Source: Naegleria gruberi (lineage: Eukaryota). Taken from it: a stretch of DNA of 64,000 bases. Shown here one piece after another: positions 47,229-57,703 of the stretch (its first letter is position 1; each line of letters opens with the position of its first letter). The position numbers and the translations under genes were made by a program. The stretch lies in NCBI GenBank assembly GCA_000004985.1, contig GG738933.1; one strand, given 5' to 3'. The notes under the pieces were generated by a model. It was not told where the DNA came from. It made no database searches and was given only the letters and a program-made list of their open reading frames with translations.

Positions 47229-49382
47229 TTAAGGATCTACGTTGGCAGATTTGAAAGAACCCAATAATGGAGATTCGACAAGTTTAGTTTCACTTAGTTT
47301 TCTTTCTAACATTCGAATTTTAGCTTGCATGTTTAGAATAGTTTTTCCACTTTCTCTATTTTCAACTGCCTTTCTCAAATCTTTAAGGAATGCAATTCTA
47401 AACTGTGCTGTCAGTGTCGAATTTGCAGATCCAACAAAAGTTGCAGATAATGGATCTTGAAGTTTCATATTTCTTACACGAATGTCAGCTCCCAAATCAA
47501 TTAGTTTCGTACAAATATCCTTTCTTCCAAGTTGTGAAGCTACATGAAGTGGCGTATCACTACTCAAATTCTTTTGATTCATCATGACATGAACATCCAT
47601 AGACGAATCTTCTGACATGTACGAAATGGCTATTTCCAACATTTCAACTCTTCCATAACCAGAAATCCAATGCAACATGTTATTCTTGTTCTTATCTCTC
47701 AAATTGGCAAGTTTTTGTCTATCAGAATAGAAATGATTCAAAATCCATTCGAATATTTGATCACAACCTTGTTTGTTTCCAATAGTTCTGATGGCAAACC
47801 AAATTGGTTCGTTCATGGTGATGGTTGTGTTGGTGGATGGGAAGGTTGGTTTGAAATCATAGTTGGAAATGAGTGATCCCAAAAAGTCTAATGTCTTTCG
47901 GCTAGTTTCTTGCTTGTCAGTACACAATAACATGCACAAGGTCAGTAAATTGTGAACTTCTTCCCGATCTTCCTTTGCTGCACACGATGTTGATGGACTT
48001 GAAACACCAAAACTTGAATCTAATCCATGTCTATTTCCAAATAAAGCCTTATTAACCATTGGATCAGATGCCTCAATTGAGCTACCATTGGAAGATGACA
48101 TTTTACAAGTGGCATTCATGTTAGCTCCTCGAGAAATCAAGAAGTGAGCAATATCAAAGTGACCTCTCAATATAGCCAAATGTAAAGCACTTGGAAAATC
48201 TCTACGTGATTGAGTTTCTGATTCTCTTGCTTCAACATCAACTTTGACTTCATCAATTAGATATTTGACAACATTGAATGCACCACCGAGAACTGCACTT
48301 GTCAATGGAGTATGATAATAATTATCCACATGAAGATTAACATCAATATTTGACTTTTCCAGCATTTTCTTGACGAGATGTAATCTGTTATATTTACAGG
48401 CATAGTTAATGAGAGAAACTCCTTGGTGGGTGATTCTGGCAAGTTGATCACCAGTGAGACCCATCTTGTCAAAGATGAAATCCATGCACTTGTCGTTTAA
48501 TTCTTGCTCCTTTTGGACAGTTTCGAATGATTTGGACGAAAGGGAATTATGAGGTGTACTTGTAATGATTAATTTGAACATTAACAAGTACATGTTCTTC
48601 TTACATCTTGGATCGAGATTTTCATGTTGGAGAGAAATGACACTAGATTCGTATTGAGTTTCGTATTCGTCTTGTAATCGAATAAGTTCTCTAAATAATT
48701 CTTCACTTTCATTGAAGAAACAGGCTGTGTGAATTGGTTGTAAACCTCTTGAATTGGTTCCAAAAAGGGATTTCTTGACAAGATCTTTGACTGATGGCAT
48801 TTCTTCTGATTTGAGAGTTTCTAATTTTTGTAAAGATTCGATTAATGATTTGAGGATTTTAGATTCTGCATTTGGAGTTTCACAAAGCAAGTGAACAATA
48901 TTACCATCATCAAGATAACTTGACAAGCCTTTGATCATTATTGGAAAACATGAATATTCTGTATAAATTTGCAAGTACTGATTATTCGAAAGGTAATACG
49001 AAAGTCCACTACAATCATTCTCATCAAAATAATCTCTCAGCCTCTCTGTCATCTTTTTGGTAACATATCTTTCATCCAAATTCAAAGCATACGAAGGATT
49101 AGTCTCCAAAAAAACATCAATCATCTGTTTGACAGTCTTATTAAACGAAAGGTTTGAATTCGGCAATTGTTCACCAGTTGTTGGATTAGTCTGACGTCTA
49201 ACTAACCATTCTTCAATAGCCTCTCTTTCAAAAGTATCACCAAGAGCAGTGACAACTGGATCACACATTATTCTTCTCGTAATTGGACAATATATCAAAT
49301 CTTTGATTGGATTCGAATCTGTTTGTTGCTGACCAAGTGATGGACTATTCATTCCTAAAGCAGGGCTGTTGCGATTTGACAT
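47229..49382 (-). CDS. U-box E3 ligase-like protein with ankyrin repeats
   Basis: The U-box is IYCPITRRIMCDPVVTALGDTFEREAIEEWL...NPTTGEQL. ANK repeats follow (TPLTSAVLGGAFNVVKYLI, ALHLAILRGHFDIAHFLISRGANMNA, DTPLHVASQLGRKDICTKLIDLGADI). The ORF track start at 49442 is GTG. The first ATG is at 49382. Confidence 0.6.
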   Translation of the reverse strand: MSNRNSPALGMNSPSLGQQQTDSNPIKDLIYCPITRRIMCDPVVTALGDTFEREAIEEWLVRRQTNPTTGEQLPNSNLSFNKTVKQMIDVFLETNPSYALNLDERYVTKKMTERLRDYFDENDCSGLSYYLSNNQYLQIYTEYSCFPIMIKGLSSYLDDGNIVHLLCETPNAESKILKSLIESLQKLETLKSEEMPSVKDLVKKSLFGTNSRGLQPIHTACFFNESEELFRELIRLQDEYETQYESSVISLQHENLDPRCKKNMYLLMFKLIITSTPHNSLSSKSFETVQKEQELNDKCMDFIFDKMGLTGDQLARITHQGVSLINYACKYNRLHLVKKMLEKSNIDVNLHVDNYYHTPLTSAVLGGAFNVVKYLIDEVKVDVEARESETQSRRDFPSALHLAILRGHFDIAHFLISRGANMNATCKMSSSNGSSIEASDPMVNKALFGNRHGLDSSFGVSSPSTSCAAKEDREEVHNLLTLCMLLCTDKQETSRKTLDFLGSLISNYDFKPTFPSTNTTITMNEPIWFAIRTIGNKQGCDQIFEWILNHFYSDRQKLANLRDKNKNNMLHWISGYGRVEMLEIAISYMSEDSSMDVHVMMNQKNLSSDTPLHVASQLGRKDICTKLIDLGADIRVRNMKLQDPLSATFVGSANSTLTAQFRIAFLKDLRKAVENRESGKTILNMQAKIRMLERKLSETKLVESPLLGSFKSANVDP

Positions 49383-49757
49383 TCTTTGTGTTGTTTTTTT
49401 TGTGTCGATTAATTTGATTAACAGCTGACAGTTCCTTACCACTCATTATTTATAACAAACACACAAACAGTTGCAGTTAGCATGAAAAACGCTCGATGAT
49501 GTGCTTGTGCAAACAAGTTTAAGTGGCAAGTAGAAAATGTGATGGAGAATTGAGAAGGTTGCCCTTTAAGGCAATAACAATTTTGGCGGGAAAGTTTGAT
49601 GTGAGGTGAAGTGTTTGCCTAGACAAAATGTATTGAGGTGCGTCGAGTTGTTTCTTGTTGATTTTAAAAGGCTTGTTAGAGGTGGGTATCTATCAGAAAT
49701 CAAAGATGCGAATGAAAGAAAAATCTTTTAATGCATTTTGGCGAATCTATTCAGATT

Positions 49758-52700
49758 CTATTTCTCACTTCGTTTGTAAATAGGTTTTGAATCAATTTGA
49801 TAAATAAGGAAGGCTCTTCCAATAAATTTGGAAATAGCAGCTTGGATCTCTGGCCATTTCTTTAAGACGTTATGGTTGGGGATCTTATCTATATATTCAT
49901 TCTCAAAAAAGGTTATGCCTGAGTGATGGAAATATAGCACATATGAGTATTGGAAAGGAATTTCTTGGATAGGGGAGAGTGAACACTCAGGTCTATCAAG
50001 TATTTCTGTTAATCTATTTTGACAATATCTTCTTTGATTGTCTAGTCTGGGGCATTCATGTATGTAATGTTCTAAATTTGAGGGACAATTACAATCTGAG
50101 CAGGTTGGATTCAATTCATCTTTCTTCTGTGTATATTTGATATGAGAATTTGAAGCGTTTCGCCAAATTTGATATTTGGTTTTAGGTGACAGTCGTGACT
50201 TGAGGTAGGCTACATTAATTGATGACCAGCTTTGGTTTGGAATAAAGTTGGGATTACTATCAATTGCTTCGTGCATCTCCTTAAGTTGGCGATTTACAGT
50301 CATTCTTTTGCAATCAAAGATCACAATATCGTTTTTCATAAGTAAATATTGGTTGGTTAGTAAGGATTTGATATCAAAGATCTTATCTCTTTCAGTTCCA
50401 TCTTTCGCAAGGCGATCTACTATTATATTTTCCTTATCTTCATGTCCTTTAACTTTGATTATATAAACTGAAATATTCTTTTCTTTTTGGATATTGAAAA
50501 ATTCAGTTTTGAAAGGGAGAAAGTTTCCTTTGTATTTTCTGGATAGGACATCTATTGCAACTTTGCTATCTGTGTGTATTCTAGCGGTTGTTCCATTTGG
50601 AAGTAGTTTCATTGCAGTGATAATTGCTCCTATTTCTGCAACATTGTTAGAGTATTCATTATTGATACGGAGTGAAAGGCTTTTACAAGGTGATAACCTT
50701 CCACCGGATTCATATATATTAATACCCATACCTGTTTTACCTGCAAGCTTGGATCCGTCTGTATGGATAATAAAGCATCTATTGGTTTCATTCACTTTCT
50801 TTAATCTGAATTTGGTATGATTCTTTTTGAAATCTAAATTATATTTCTGAAGTATTGACATCCATTGAATGAAAATGTTATTACTATTATCATTGGTATG
50901 ACTAATTCCAAATTTAAAAGCTTTCTGAACTAACTTGTTATTGGAATTTGCTATTAAGGAGAGAGTTCTTAAATTAAGTCTGTCTGTAAATTCTTCAATT
51001 GAGGGAACACCGAGTCCACCTTCTTCTAATGGTAGGTGGAAAAAAGCTGTTTTGGTGGTTCTGTCTAGTTTTAACTTTGTTCTGAGTACATTTCTAATGC
51101 AAATATCTATTCTTGATACCAGTGATGGAGGAATGACATTAAGTTTGGATAGATGTGTAAATAAACTAATCACTTTAGCATGAAGGACTTGTCTTAAATT
51201 ATGGGGTTGAAGTTTGAGTATTGGGAAATATTTCAGTGATTCATTGAATTTAGCTATCTTGCTTTCAATATCTTCTTTGACCAATTTATCTTCCCAAGGG
51301 TAGTGTCCGAGAACTCTAAGATTTTTCTGAATGGGAATTGGCACTTGTTTGATTTTTGGTATGATTTTGCTTTTTGTGGGAAGGAGAGTGGCAATTGACT
51401 TTTTTGCATTTAATTTGAAAAGCAATTGAGATAACCAGTCGTCGATGTTATCTAGTCTTCCATTATAATTTGTGAATCTGTCGCATACTATATTCATATC
51501 GTCAGCGAAACAACAAAGACCAATTTCGTTTGCATTCAATTCAGATGGTTCTATTGGTAGTTGCCATTGGTCTATTGCTTTGTCTATTATGAGTTGTGTA
51601 ATACAATCGTAAATAAGAGGTGCTAATGGGCAACCTTGAGGAATTCCTCGTGTTTTTGTGAAGTTATTTGATAGATGTTTGTCAATTTCTAATTGTAAAC
51701 TGTGATTGCTGTATGCATTAATTATAAAATCAGTTAGTGGTGTTGGGAATTTACAATGATTAAGGGCCATCCTAATAACCGGCATCTCCACTGCGTCGTA
51801 GGCACCTTCAATGTCAAGGTTGACTAATATAAATGTTCTTCGTCTAGTTTTCAAGGCCAGGGAGGAAAGTACTATTCCATGGTTCATTGTATTTCTATTA
51901 TTTATGAAGGCCTGTTGTCTCATATTAATCTGAGAGCTAGCCCATTCACATAATTTGTGGGCGATTAAATTAAAAAGGATTCTATAAAATATTGGTAGTA
52001 TTGTGATGGGTCTAATATCTCCTAATGTTTTAACTTCTCGCTTTGGAATCAGTTTAACCCAACCGTGTTTCCATTCTTGGGGGATATCTCCTTGTGTTAA
52101 ACATTTGTTAAACTCTTCAACTATTAAAGCTAATTTCTCTAATTTTAAGCCCTTGATGATATCTAATGAAATTTCGTCTTGTCCTGGTGTATTCGATTTC
52201 ATTCTTTTAATGGTTTCTTTTACATCTCTATATGAAATCCGACCTATATCTCTAGGACCTGAAGTGATAGTGGATGGACTTGGCATAAAGGTTGGTGTTT
52301 GATTGGAGGTTGTAAACTTTTTGGAAAAATAATCTAAAATTTCTTGTTCTCCAAATGGCAATTCTTTCCAGATAATTTCTTTAGAATGCAGTTTTCTATC
52401 AAATTGATACATGTGGGAGGCGTGACTATTGTTATATTTGTCAGTTAATTGTTCTTTGATTTCTTTACATGATTGGATGTGAGTCTCTTTAAGAATTGTT
52501 TGTAGTTCTGATATTTCATCAAGTCCAACATTTGGGTCTTCTAATTTACCCATAATCTTATTTTCTAATTTACGAATTTTACCTTTAAATATGGAGGAAA
52601 TAATGCTACCACCAAGTCTGTCAACTTTGGTTCCATATTTTGCAATGTTGTTTTGTATTTCTGCATTTAATTCTTGAAATGTATTGGCATTTGACGTATT

Positions 52701-53486
52701 TATCTCTTTGATCATTTCTTCTCTTTTCTTCTTACCAATATATGATCTCCAATTTAAATGTGATTTGAATTCAATATCAATGTAAAAAGGGATGTGATCA
52801 TTACTTGTGAGCGGTGGAAGGAGTTCTTCTTTGATAACCTTAATATCTTTAGACACGAAAATGTGGTCTAATCTTGAAGTGGTGATTCTATTCTGTTGTC
52901 TTCTAATGTAAGTCTTATTATTAGTCTTATATTCTGTTAGTTGGAGTAGATTAAATAGCCAGCACCATTCTTTATCTCTACCGTTTGAAGGATTAATGGT
53001 ATTGATATTAAGATCTCCATTAATTATGACATGTTCATCTCTACATGTCAGTACTGCATTTGTTATACTGTTCATGGCTTCAACATCATTTTCTTTATCA
53101 TCAACTCTTCCACTAAGATATGGAGTGAAAATATTAATTGGTATACCTTTGCTTTCGAATCGTGTCCATTGAAGAACACCTGGAATTAGATTGATATTAG
53201 TAATATTTCTCTTGTGAGGGTTGTTAAGGAAGTGCATAACAGCCGTCCCTTTTTTTCCTTTCGTTGTATTCATTAAGGAGTTAAATAATATATAGCCTGT
53301 TCCTGAATTTTTAACTTTATATTCTAGATCAGGAGTATTTAAATGAGTTTCGGTTAACGAAATCATGTGTATTTTATGATGAAGACACATTGATTTCACT
53401 TCTGGTGTAACCGATTTCTTACTAGCATGTTTATACAGGCCGTTTACATTGTAACACGCTAGTCGTAAATTACTATAATTACTCAT
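49758..53486 (-). CDS. LINE ORF2: AP-endonuclease - reverse transcriptase - RNase H - CCHC zinc finger polyprotein (1242 aa)
   Basis: N-terminal exo/endo/phosphatase motifs (CYNVNGL, SLTETH, GDLN, SRLDHIF). RT motifs occur around FADDMNIV. RNase H motifs are IHTDGSK and KVKGHED. The C-terminus is a CCHC module (CSDCNCPSNLEHYIHEC). Confidence 0.85.
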   Translation of the reverse strand: MSNYSNLRLACYNVNGLYKHASKKSVTPEVKSMCLHHKIHMISLTETHLNTPDLEYKVKNSGTGYILFNSLMNTTKGKKGTAVMHFLNNPHKRNITNINLIPGVLQWTRFESKGIPINIFTPYLSGRVDDKENDVEAMNSITNAVLTCRDEHVIINGDLNINTINPSNGRDKEWCWLFNLLQLTEYKTNNKTYIRRQQNRITTSRLDHIFVSKDIKVIKEELLPPLTSNDHIPFYIDIEFKSHLNWRSYIGKKKREEMIKEINTSNANTFQELNAEIQNNIAKYGTKVDRLGGSIISSIFKGKIRKLENKIMGKLEDPNVGLDEISELQTILKETHIQSCKEIKEQLTDKYNNSHASHMYQFDRKLHSKEIIWKELPFGEQEILDYFSKKFTTSNQTPTFMPSPSTITSGPRDIGRISYRDVKETIKRMKSNTPGQDEISLDIIKGLKLEKLALIVEEFNKCLTQGDIPQEWKHGWVKLIPKREVKTLGDIRPITILPIFYRILFNLIAHKLCEWASSQINMRQQAFINNRNTMNHGIVLSSLALKTRRRTFILVNLDIEGAYDAVEMPVIRMALNHCKFPTPLTDFIINAYSNHSLQLEIDKHLSNNFTKTRGIPQGCPLAPLIYDCITQLIIDKAIDQWQLPIEPSELNANEIGLCCFADDMNIVCDRFTNYNGRLDNIDDWLSQLLFKLNAKKSIATLLPTKSKIIPKIKQVPIPIQKNLRVLGHYPWEDKLVKEDIESKIAKFNESLKYFPILKLQPHNLRQVLHAKVISLFTHLSKLNVIPPSLVSRIDICIRNVLRTKLKLDRTTKTAFFHLPLEEGGLGVPSIEEFTDRLNLRTLSLIANSNNKLVQKAFKFGISHTNDNSNNIFIQWMSILQKYNLDFKKNHTKFRLKKVNETNRCFIIHTDGSKLAGKTGMGINIYESGGRLSPCKSLSLRINNEYSNNVAEIGAIITAMKLLPNGTTARIHTDSKVAIDVLSRKYKGNFLPFKTEFFNIQKEKNISVYIIKVKGHEDKENIIVDRLAKDGTERDKIFDIKSLLTNQYLLMKNDIVIFDCKRMTVNRQLKEMHEAIDSNPNFIPNQSWSSINVAYLKSRLSPKTKYQIWRNASNSHIKYTQKKDELNPTCSDCNCPSNLEHYIHECPRLDNQRRYCQNRLTEILDRPECSLSPIQEIPFQYSYVLYFHHSGITFFENEYIDKIPNHNVLKKWPEIQAAISKFIGRAFLIYQIDSKPIYKRSEK

Positions 53487-55123
53487 TTAGAAAGAGTACA
53501 AGATGATGAGCTTTTTGATTCTTCATCATCTTGCATAATAGAATTATTAGTACTATTATTTATATAATGGGAGATTTTGTCAATAAGTTCCATTGTATCA
53601 GCTAATGCTTTCTTAAAATCACGCAGTTCAGTTTCAATATTAGATAGTCTAGTTTCAAATAGATTGGTTGTTGTATTAATAGTAGGAGTAACTACAGAAT
53701 TAGTGGTTGAACTGGTATTATCGTTAGATTGTATAGGATTGATCATAGGATTAGTTACTTCCGGTAATTTAGAGTTAGTTAGAAATGGATATTGTTTTTG
53801 TTTTCTTTCAATTATTTCATCTAATTGTTTAATAGATGGTACGAAACAGTAACTGGTTCCATCAGTAATGTTTTGTTTGGTATTGAGAACAATTTTCTTG
53901 TCAATAAATAGATTCATTTCGTCAATATTTGAATGGACGACTTTACATAATTTAAAGGTAGTGGTATTGGATTTGTTTTTGGATTCAGTTATCATGCATT
54001 GGTTAGTATTGAAATCTTTTTTAATGCGTTCGTATACACGAGTAACACCATCGATGATTTCCTTGTTTGTAAAGGTAGGTGGAAATAAACATTCTGAAAC
54101 ATTAGTAGGAGTTTCATTACGCAATTGTTCAACAGATTTGTAATTAGTTAAATTAAGCTTCTTTCTAATAACTTCGCACACATCTTCGTTTTCGTATGAA
54201 ACTCTAATTATATATTTACCATGTGATTGGTTTGTATACATTTGGGAGATAAGTATAGTATTATCGTTATTAACTGAGTGTTTGATTAGTGATTTAATCA
54301 TATCAATGTGTTGTGAATATATGTGTGTAGAGTGAGTTAGAGCGTACAAGCTATGCTCGAATACAGCAGGTGATGGGAAGAATTTCAATATTAAATCATT
54401 GTGTACACTATCAAGCATATCTTTGCAAAGAATATAATTGTCATTACTATTGCAATGAAGATTAATGACATTACTAGTTTGGGGTCTTATTTTAATGGTG
54501 GCAAATTCCCCAAAGATGTCCATAATTTGTTCCATGAATTTGTTATTAATTCTTTCATAGCAGATAATATTAAGTGAATGTGTCAAATCGAATTTCTTAT
54601 TTTGCTTGACTGGTTTTTTACCATAGAATGAAATTGAGCGTTTCATTTTGATTTGTTTTGCTATAGTTTGTTTGATACTTGGTTGAGCTTTTATAGGGTG
54701 ATACTTCACCATATCCAAATATGGAGTAAGTTGTAGTTTGGTATTTTGCTCAATAGGGTTCTTACTACATTCATATTTTGGTTTAATATTACTAGTAATG
54801 GAATGAATTTGTTGATTTCTATTTTGGGGAGTTGACTTAATATTTTGGATTTCTGAAGTAGGTTTTTTAAATGAATCAGTAGAAATGTTAGTGGTAGAAG
54901 TATCTTCTTGATTAATATTATCAACTTTAACCTTTACATCTTTGTCTTGTACAAACTCGGATTTAAACATTATTTTGTCGTAAATCTTTTGCATAGTTTC
55001 CATGTATTTTTGAAGACGAATATTTTCAATCCGATATGAATCGACTGCTTGTTCTAACACAAGAATCCTGTTAGTCAGCTGCAGACAATTTATTGGATCA
55101 GGAGGGCGGTCATGTAAAGGCAT
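53483..55123 (-). CDS. LINE ORF1 (546 aa, N-terminal coiled-coil, nucleic-acid-binding-type protein)
   Basis: It lies immediately upstream of ORF2 within the TSD-delimited element. Its stop overlaps the ORF2 start as ATGA. The N-terminus is heptad-rich. Confidence 0.7.
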   Translation of the reverse strand: MPLHDRPPDPINCLQLTNRILVLEQAVDSYRIENIRLQKYMETMQKIYDKIMFKSEFVQDKDVKVKVDNINQEDTSTTNISTDSFKKPTSEIQNIKSTPQNRNQQIHSITSNIKPKYECSKNPIEQNTKLQLTPYLDMVKYHPIKAQPSIKQTIAKQIKMKRSISFYGKKPVKQNKKFDLTHSLNIICYERINNKFMEQIMDIFGEFATIKIRPQTSNVINLHCNSNDNYILCKDMLDSVHNDLILKFFPSPAVFEHSLYALTHSTHIYSQHIDMIKSLIKHSVNNDNTILISQMYTNQSHGKYIIRVSYENEDVCEVIRKKLNLTNYKSVEQLRNETPTNVSECLFPPTFTNKEIIDGVTRVYERIKKDFNTNQCMITESKNKSNTTTFKLCKVVHSNIDEMNLFIDKKIVLNTKQNITDGTSYCFVPSIKQLDEIIERKQKQYPFLTNSKLPEVTNPMINPIQSNDNTSSTTNSVVTPTINTTTNLFETRLSNIETELRDFKKALADTMELIDKISHYINNSTNNSIMQDDEESKSSSSCTLSK

Positions 55124-55999
55124 TTTTTTAAAAGTCGCGAATGAAAGAAAAATGATTGGAGGATAAAGTTTACAATATTTGAGGTAATTTCAATGTTGTT
55201 GAAAGGGATCAAAAATAAGTATTTGGAGGTGATTTTGCTCCTATTGAAAAAGAGTGTTTACTTCCTGTTAAAAAAGAGTTTATTCCAATTAGTGTTACTT
55301 ATTAAAAAAATGTTTAATGAAACAATTGTTTCCTGTCACCTTAATCGCTCATCTTGCTCTTGCTGTCAAGATCATTAAAATTATAATTTAGTGGTTGTGA
55401 AACAGCTACCATCCTCCTATTTATACTAGAATCTGCCTTGTGTATGTTCATGCTCTTTTAAGAACTTTTTTAAACAACGTGAATGATCTAAACTTGAACA
55501 GAACTTTTTAAGATTTGTTTCAAATCAAATTACTCTTAATATTTAAAGCCCAAAAGCAATGGTTGTATATTGAAAGTTCAAAAATGTCTTTTAATATTAC
55601 CGTTACAATCAACAATTTAATGAAAATTGTAAACCAAGTCCGTCAAGTTCCCAATCAATTTTACCAAAAAAGATGCCGAAGAGATCAAACCGACAAATTC
55701 ATAAAAAAATCAAAAAAATTATCTCCACTCAATCAACCCACCCACCAACCTATCTTTTTTAATATTAACCTAACTTGCTCTCATAAATACAGAATTTGAG
55801 AAAATATATTATTCGGTTAGGAAAGAAGATTATATATTGTACTATTATAAATATTATTGAAGCTCTATTATACTAACTTGCATATATTGGGATTTATTGT
55901 TCGATCTAAATAGACACATATAATTCCTATCAAATATAATACAAAGGTTTAAATATATTGTAACATACCATTTAAGAAATATTGAATACTATTTAGAAA

Positions 56000-56617
56000 A
56001 TGCTTCGTTTTGCAAATCCAATAATAACAATTTCAACTCCTTCGAATTCACGAACGAATCCAGTCATTCAGTTAGCTCCTGGATCGACTCTTTCGAATAA
56101 TCAGCCGCAAATTTCTAATGAACAAATTGCCATGATCAATGCATTGGGTAATTATACAGGTGAATCTGAGGAGAAATGTCTTCGTTATTTGATCTTTTTT
56201 GGTTGGAACTTTGAGTTGGCATATAAGGCAACTGTTTTATTGAGCCAAGAGCTGTGTGAAAGAACCAAATTGTCTAATTTGTTTCTTGCGAGAAGAATTT
56301 TAGAAGAAGCACAATTTGATGTGACGTTGTGTCATCAGCGAATGGAATTAGTCTTGTATTTGATGAATAGAACTAATTTGGTTCATGTATTTGCCTATGA
56401 TTGCTTGCAACAATATCAATGGAATATCAACAGTGCTTTACAACGAGTTTTTGAGTTGGCTTCCATGAATAGATTACCTTCTCATGCATTTTCAACAATT
56501 CCTAATTTGCAAGTGCAACAACAATCGAATAACAATCAACCAGATTCTGCCAGATCACTGCTTGCTCTTCAAACTGCTTACCATAACCAATCGAGACACA
56601 ATTTATTTAAATTGTAA
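56000..56617 (+). CDS. Protein with two TAP-C/UBA-like domains
   Basis: NEQIAMINALGNYTGESEEKCLRYLIFFGWNFELAYKATV matches the TAP-C pattern (F...TGM...WS.KCL.DN.WD...A). A second similar unit ends ...CLQQYQWNINSALQRVFEL. Confidence 0.4.
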   Translation: MLRFANPIITISTPSNSRTNPVIQLAPGSTLSNNQPQISNEQIAMINALGNYTGESEEKCLRYLIFFGWNFELAYKATVLLSQELCERTKLSNLFLARRILEEAQFDVTLCHQRMELVLYLMNRTNLVHVFAYDCLQQYQWNINSALQRVFELASMNRLPSHAFSTIPNLQVQQQSNNNQPDSARSLLALQTAYHNQSRHNLFKL

Positions 56618-56870
56618 TTGTAAATTATCAATCAATTGTAAATTATCAAAATATAAAAATGTAAATTACCAAATAAAAAATAATTAACCGTGCAGGAAAG
56701 GTTGTAATCAAGAATAGGTTGGTTTCGTTTTGTTTAGGCAATCGAATCTGAATGATGGACCAATAATACATGTTTCCTTCCAACAACTCTCCATTATGGG
56801 TCTACTCTGAATCAAATTGGAAGATATATTCGCCTTAATTCAAAAATTAGGAAAAAAAAACACAATCATC

Positions 56871-57584
56871 ATGGCTGAATGCTTGGAATCCTTGTTATTA
56901 GCAGTGCAATGCTGTGCTGAAGTGGCAACTATTGTGCGGGAAATTGATGAAACAGATGGAGAAAATAGAAAGGAAATTGTTAAACTAAAGGCAAAGAAAA
57001 TTGGCATACTGTTGGTGGTAATTAGTTCGTGTTTAGTTTGCTTTCTGTTAGGTGTTGGATCGTTGTATTTGGTCGCGACGAGGTTGAGTGAGCAAATAGA
57101 TGTGCAATATGTTCATAATTGTTGTTTTGCTGTTGGAACGAGTTATTGTTATATGAATTCACATGATTCCAATTATGAATATTGTGAATATAAAGTTTCG
57201 TATGCAAAATTGAGTCCAACAATTGTTTCAAATCCAAACCAGTTCAATTCATCATTCATTTCTGAGCAATGTCAGCAAATCATGCCCAGTAACACTCATG
57301 CCATCACCACTTTCAATTATTTAAAGAAATTCACACCAAACAATTCAACCATTTGCTATTCGAATGCTGAAGAAACAATATTTACCTTCAATGAGCCAAT
57401 CCACACTACCACAATAAGCACTACTCAACAAGTGCTATTTTACTTCATCGTGATTTCAGTGTTAGCATTCTGTTTCTTTATGGTAATGGTATTAGTGTTG
57501 GGATTTTATTTCGTAGAAAGAAAGGGCGAAAAGAAAGATAAATCTCAATACGAAGAAATAAAGGAGGGAGAAGATAATCTGTAA
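56871..57584 (+). CDS. Hypothetical membrane protein (2 TM, Cys-rich ectodomain)
   Basis: The ORF track start at 56817 is TTG. The first ATG, at 56871, gives MAECLESLL... Confidence 0.3.
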   Translation: MAECLESLLLAVQCCAEVATIVREIDETDGENRKEIVKLKAKKIGILLVVISSCLVCFLLGVGSLYLVATRLSEQIDVQYVHNCCFAVGTSYCYMNSHDSNYEYCEYKVSYAKLSPTIVSNPNQFNSSFISEQCQQIMPSNTHAITTFNYLKKFTPNNSTICYSNAEETIFTFNEPIHTTTISTTQQVLFYFIVISVLAFCFFMVMVLVLGFYFVERKGEKKDKSQYEEIKEGEDNL

Positions 57585-57703
57585 TTGAGGCCTCAATGAT
57601 CGCTCAATAAACAAATGTACATAGTCAACTTGTAGAAATTTTCAATTTCATCCAACTAATATTGAATATCTAGTTATCATATTATTTAATAACTAGATTG
57701 TAT

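Larger units (their letters stand above)
49725..55136 (-). mobile_element. Apparently intact non-LTR (LINE-like) retrotransposon, 5412 bp, flanked by a 17-bp target-site duplication
   Basis: The perfect direct repeat gcgaatgaaagaaaaat lies at 49708..49724 and 55137..55153. ORF1 and ORF2 are intact and overlap by ATGA. There is no poly(A) tail, and the 5' UTR is about 13 nt. Confidence 0.8.

Noticed and set aside
49725-49757. Poly(A) tail or microsatellite at the LINE 3' end
   Set aside because: The 3' UTR is only 33 nt and ends ...cattaaaag directly at the TSD. No A-run is present, so none is claimed.
49400-55500. tRNA gene beside the LINE (tRNA-targeted TRE-like insertion)
   Set aside because: Scanned 300 bp on both sides and found no cloverleaf or A/B-box tRNA-like sequence. 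The two tRNAs in the window (30582-30654, 36406-36478) have no adjacent retroelement.
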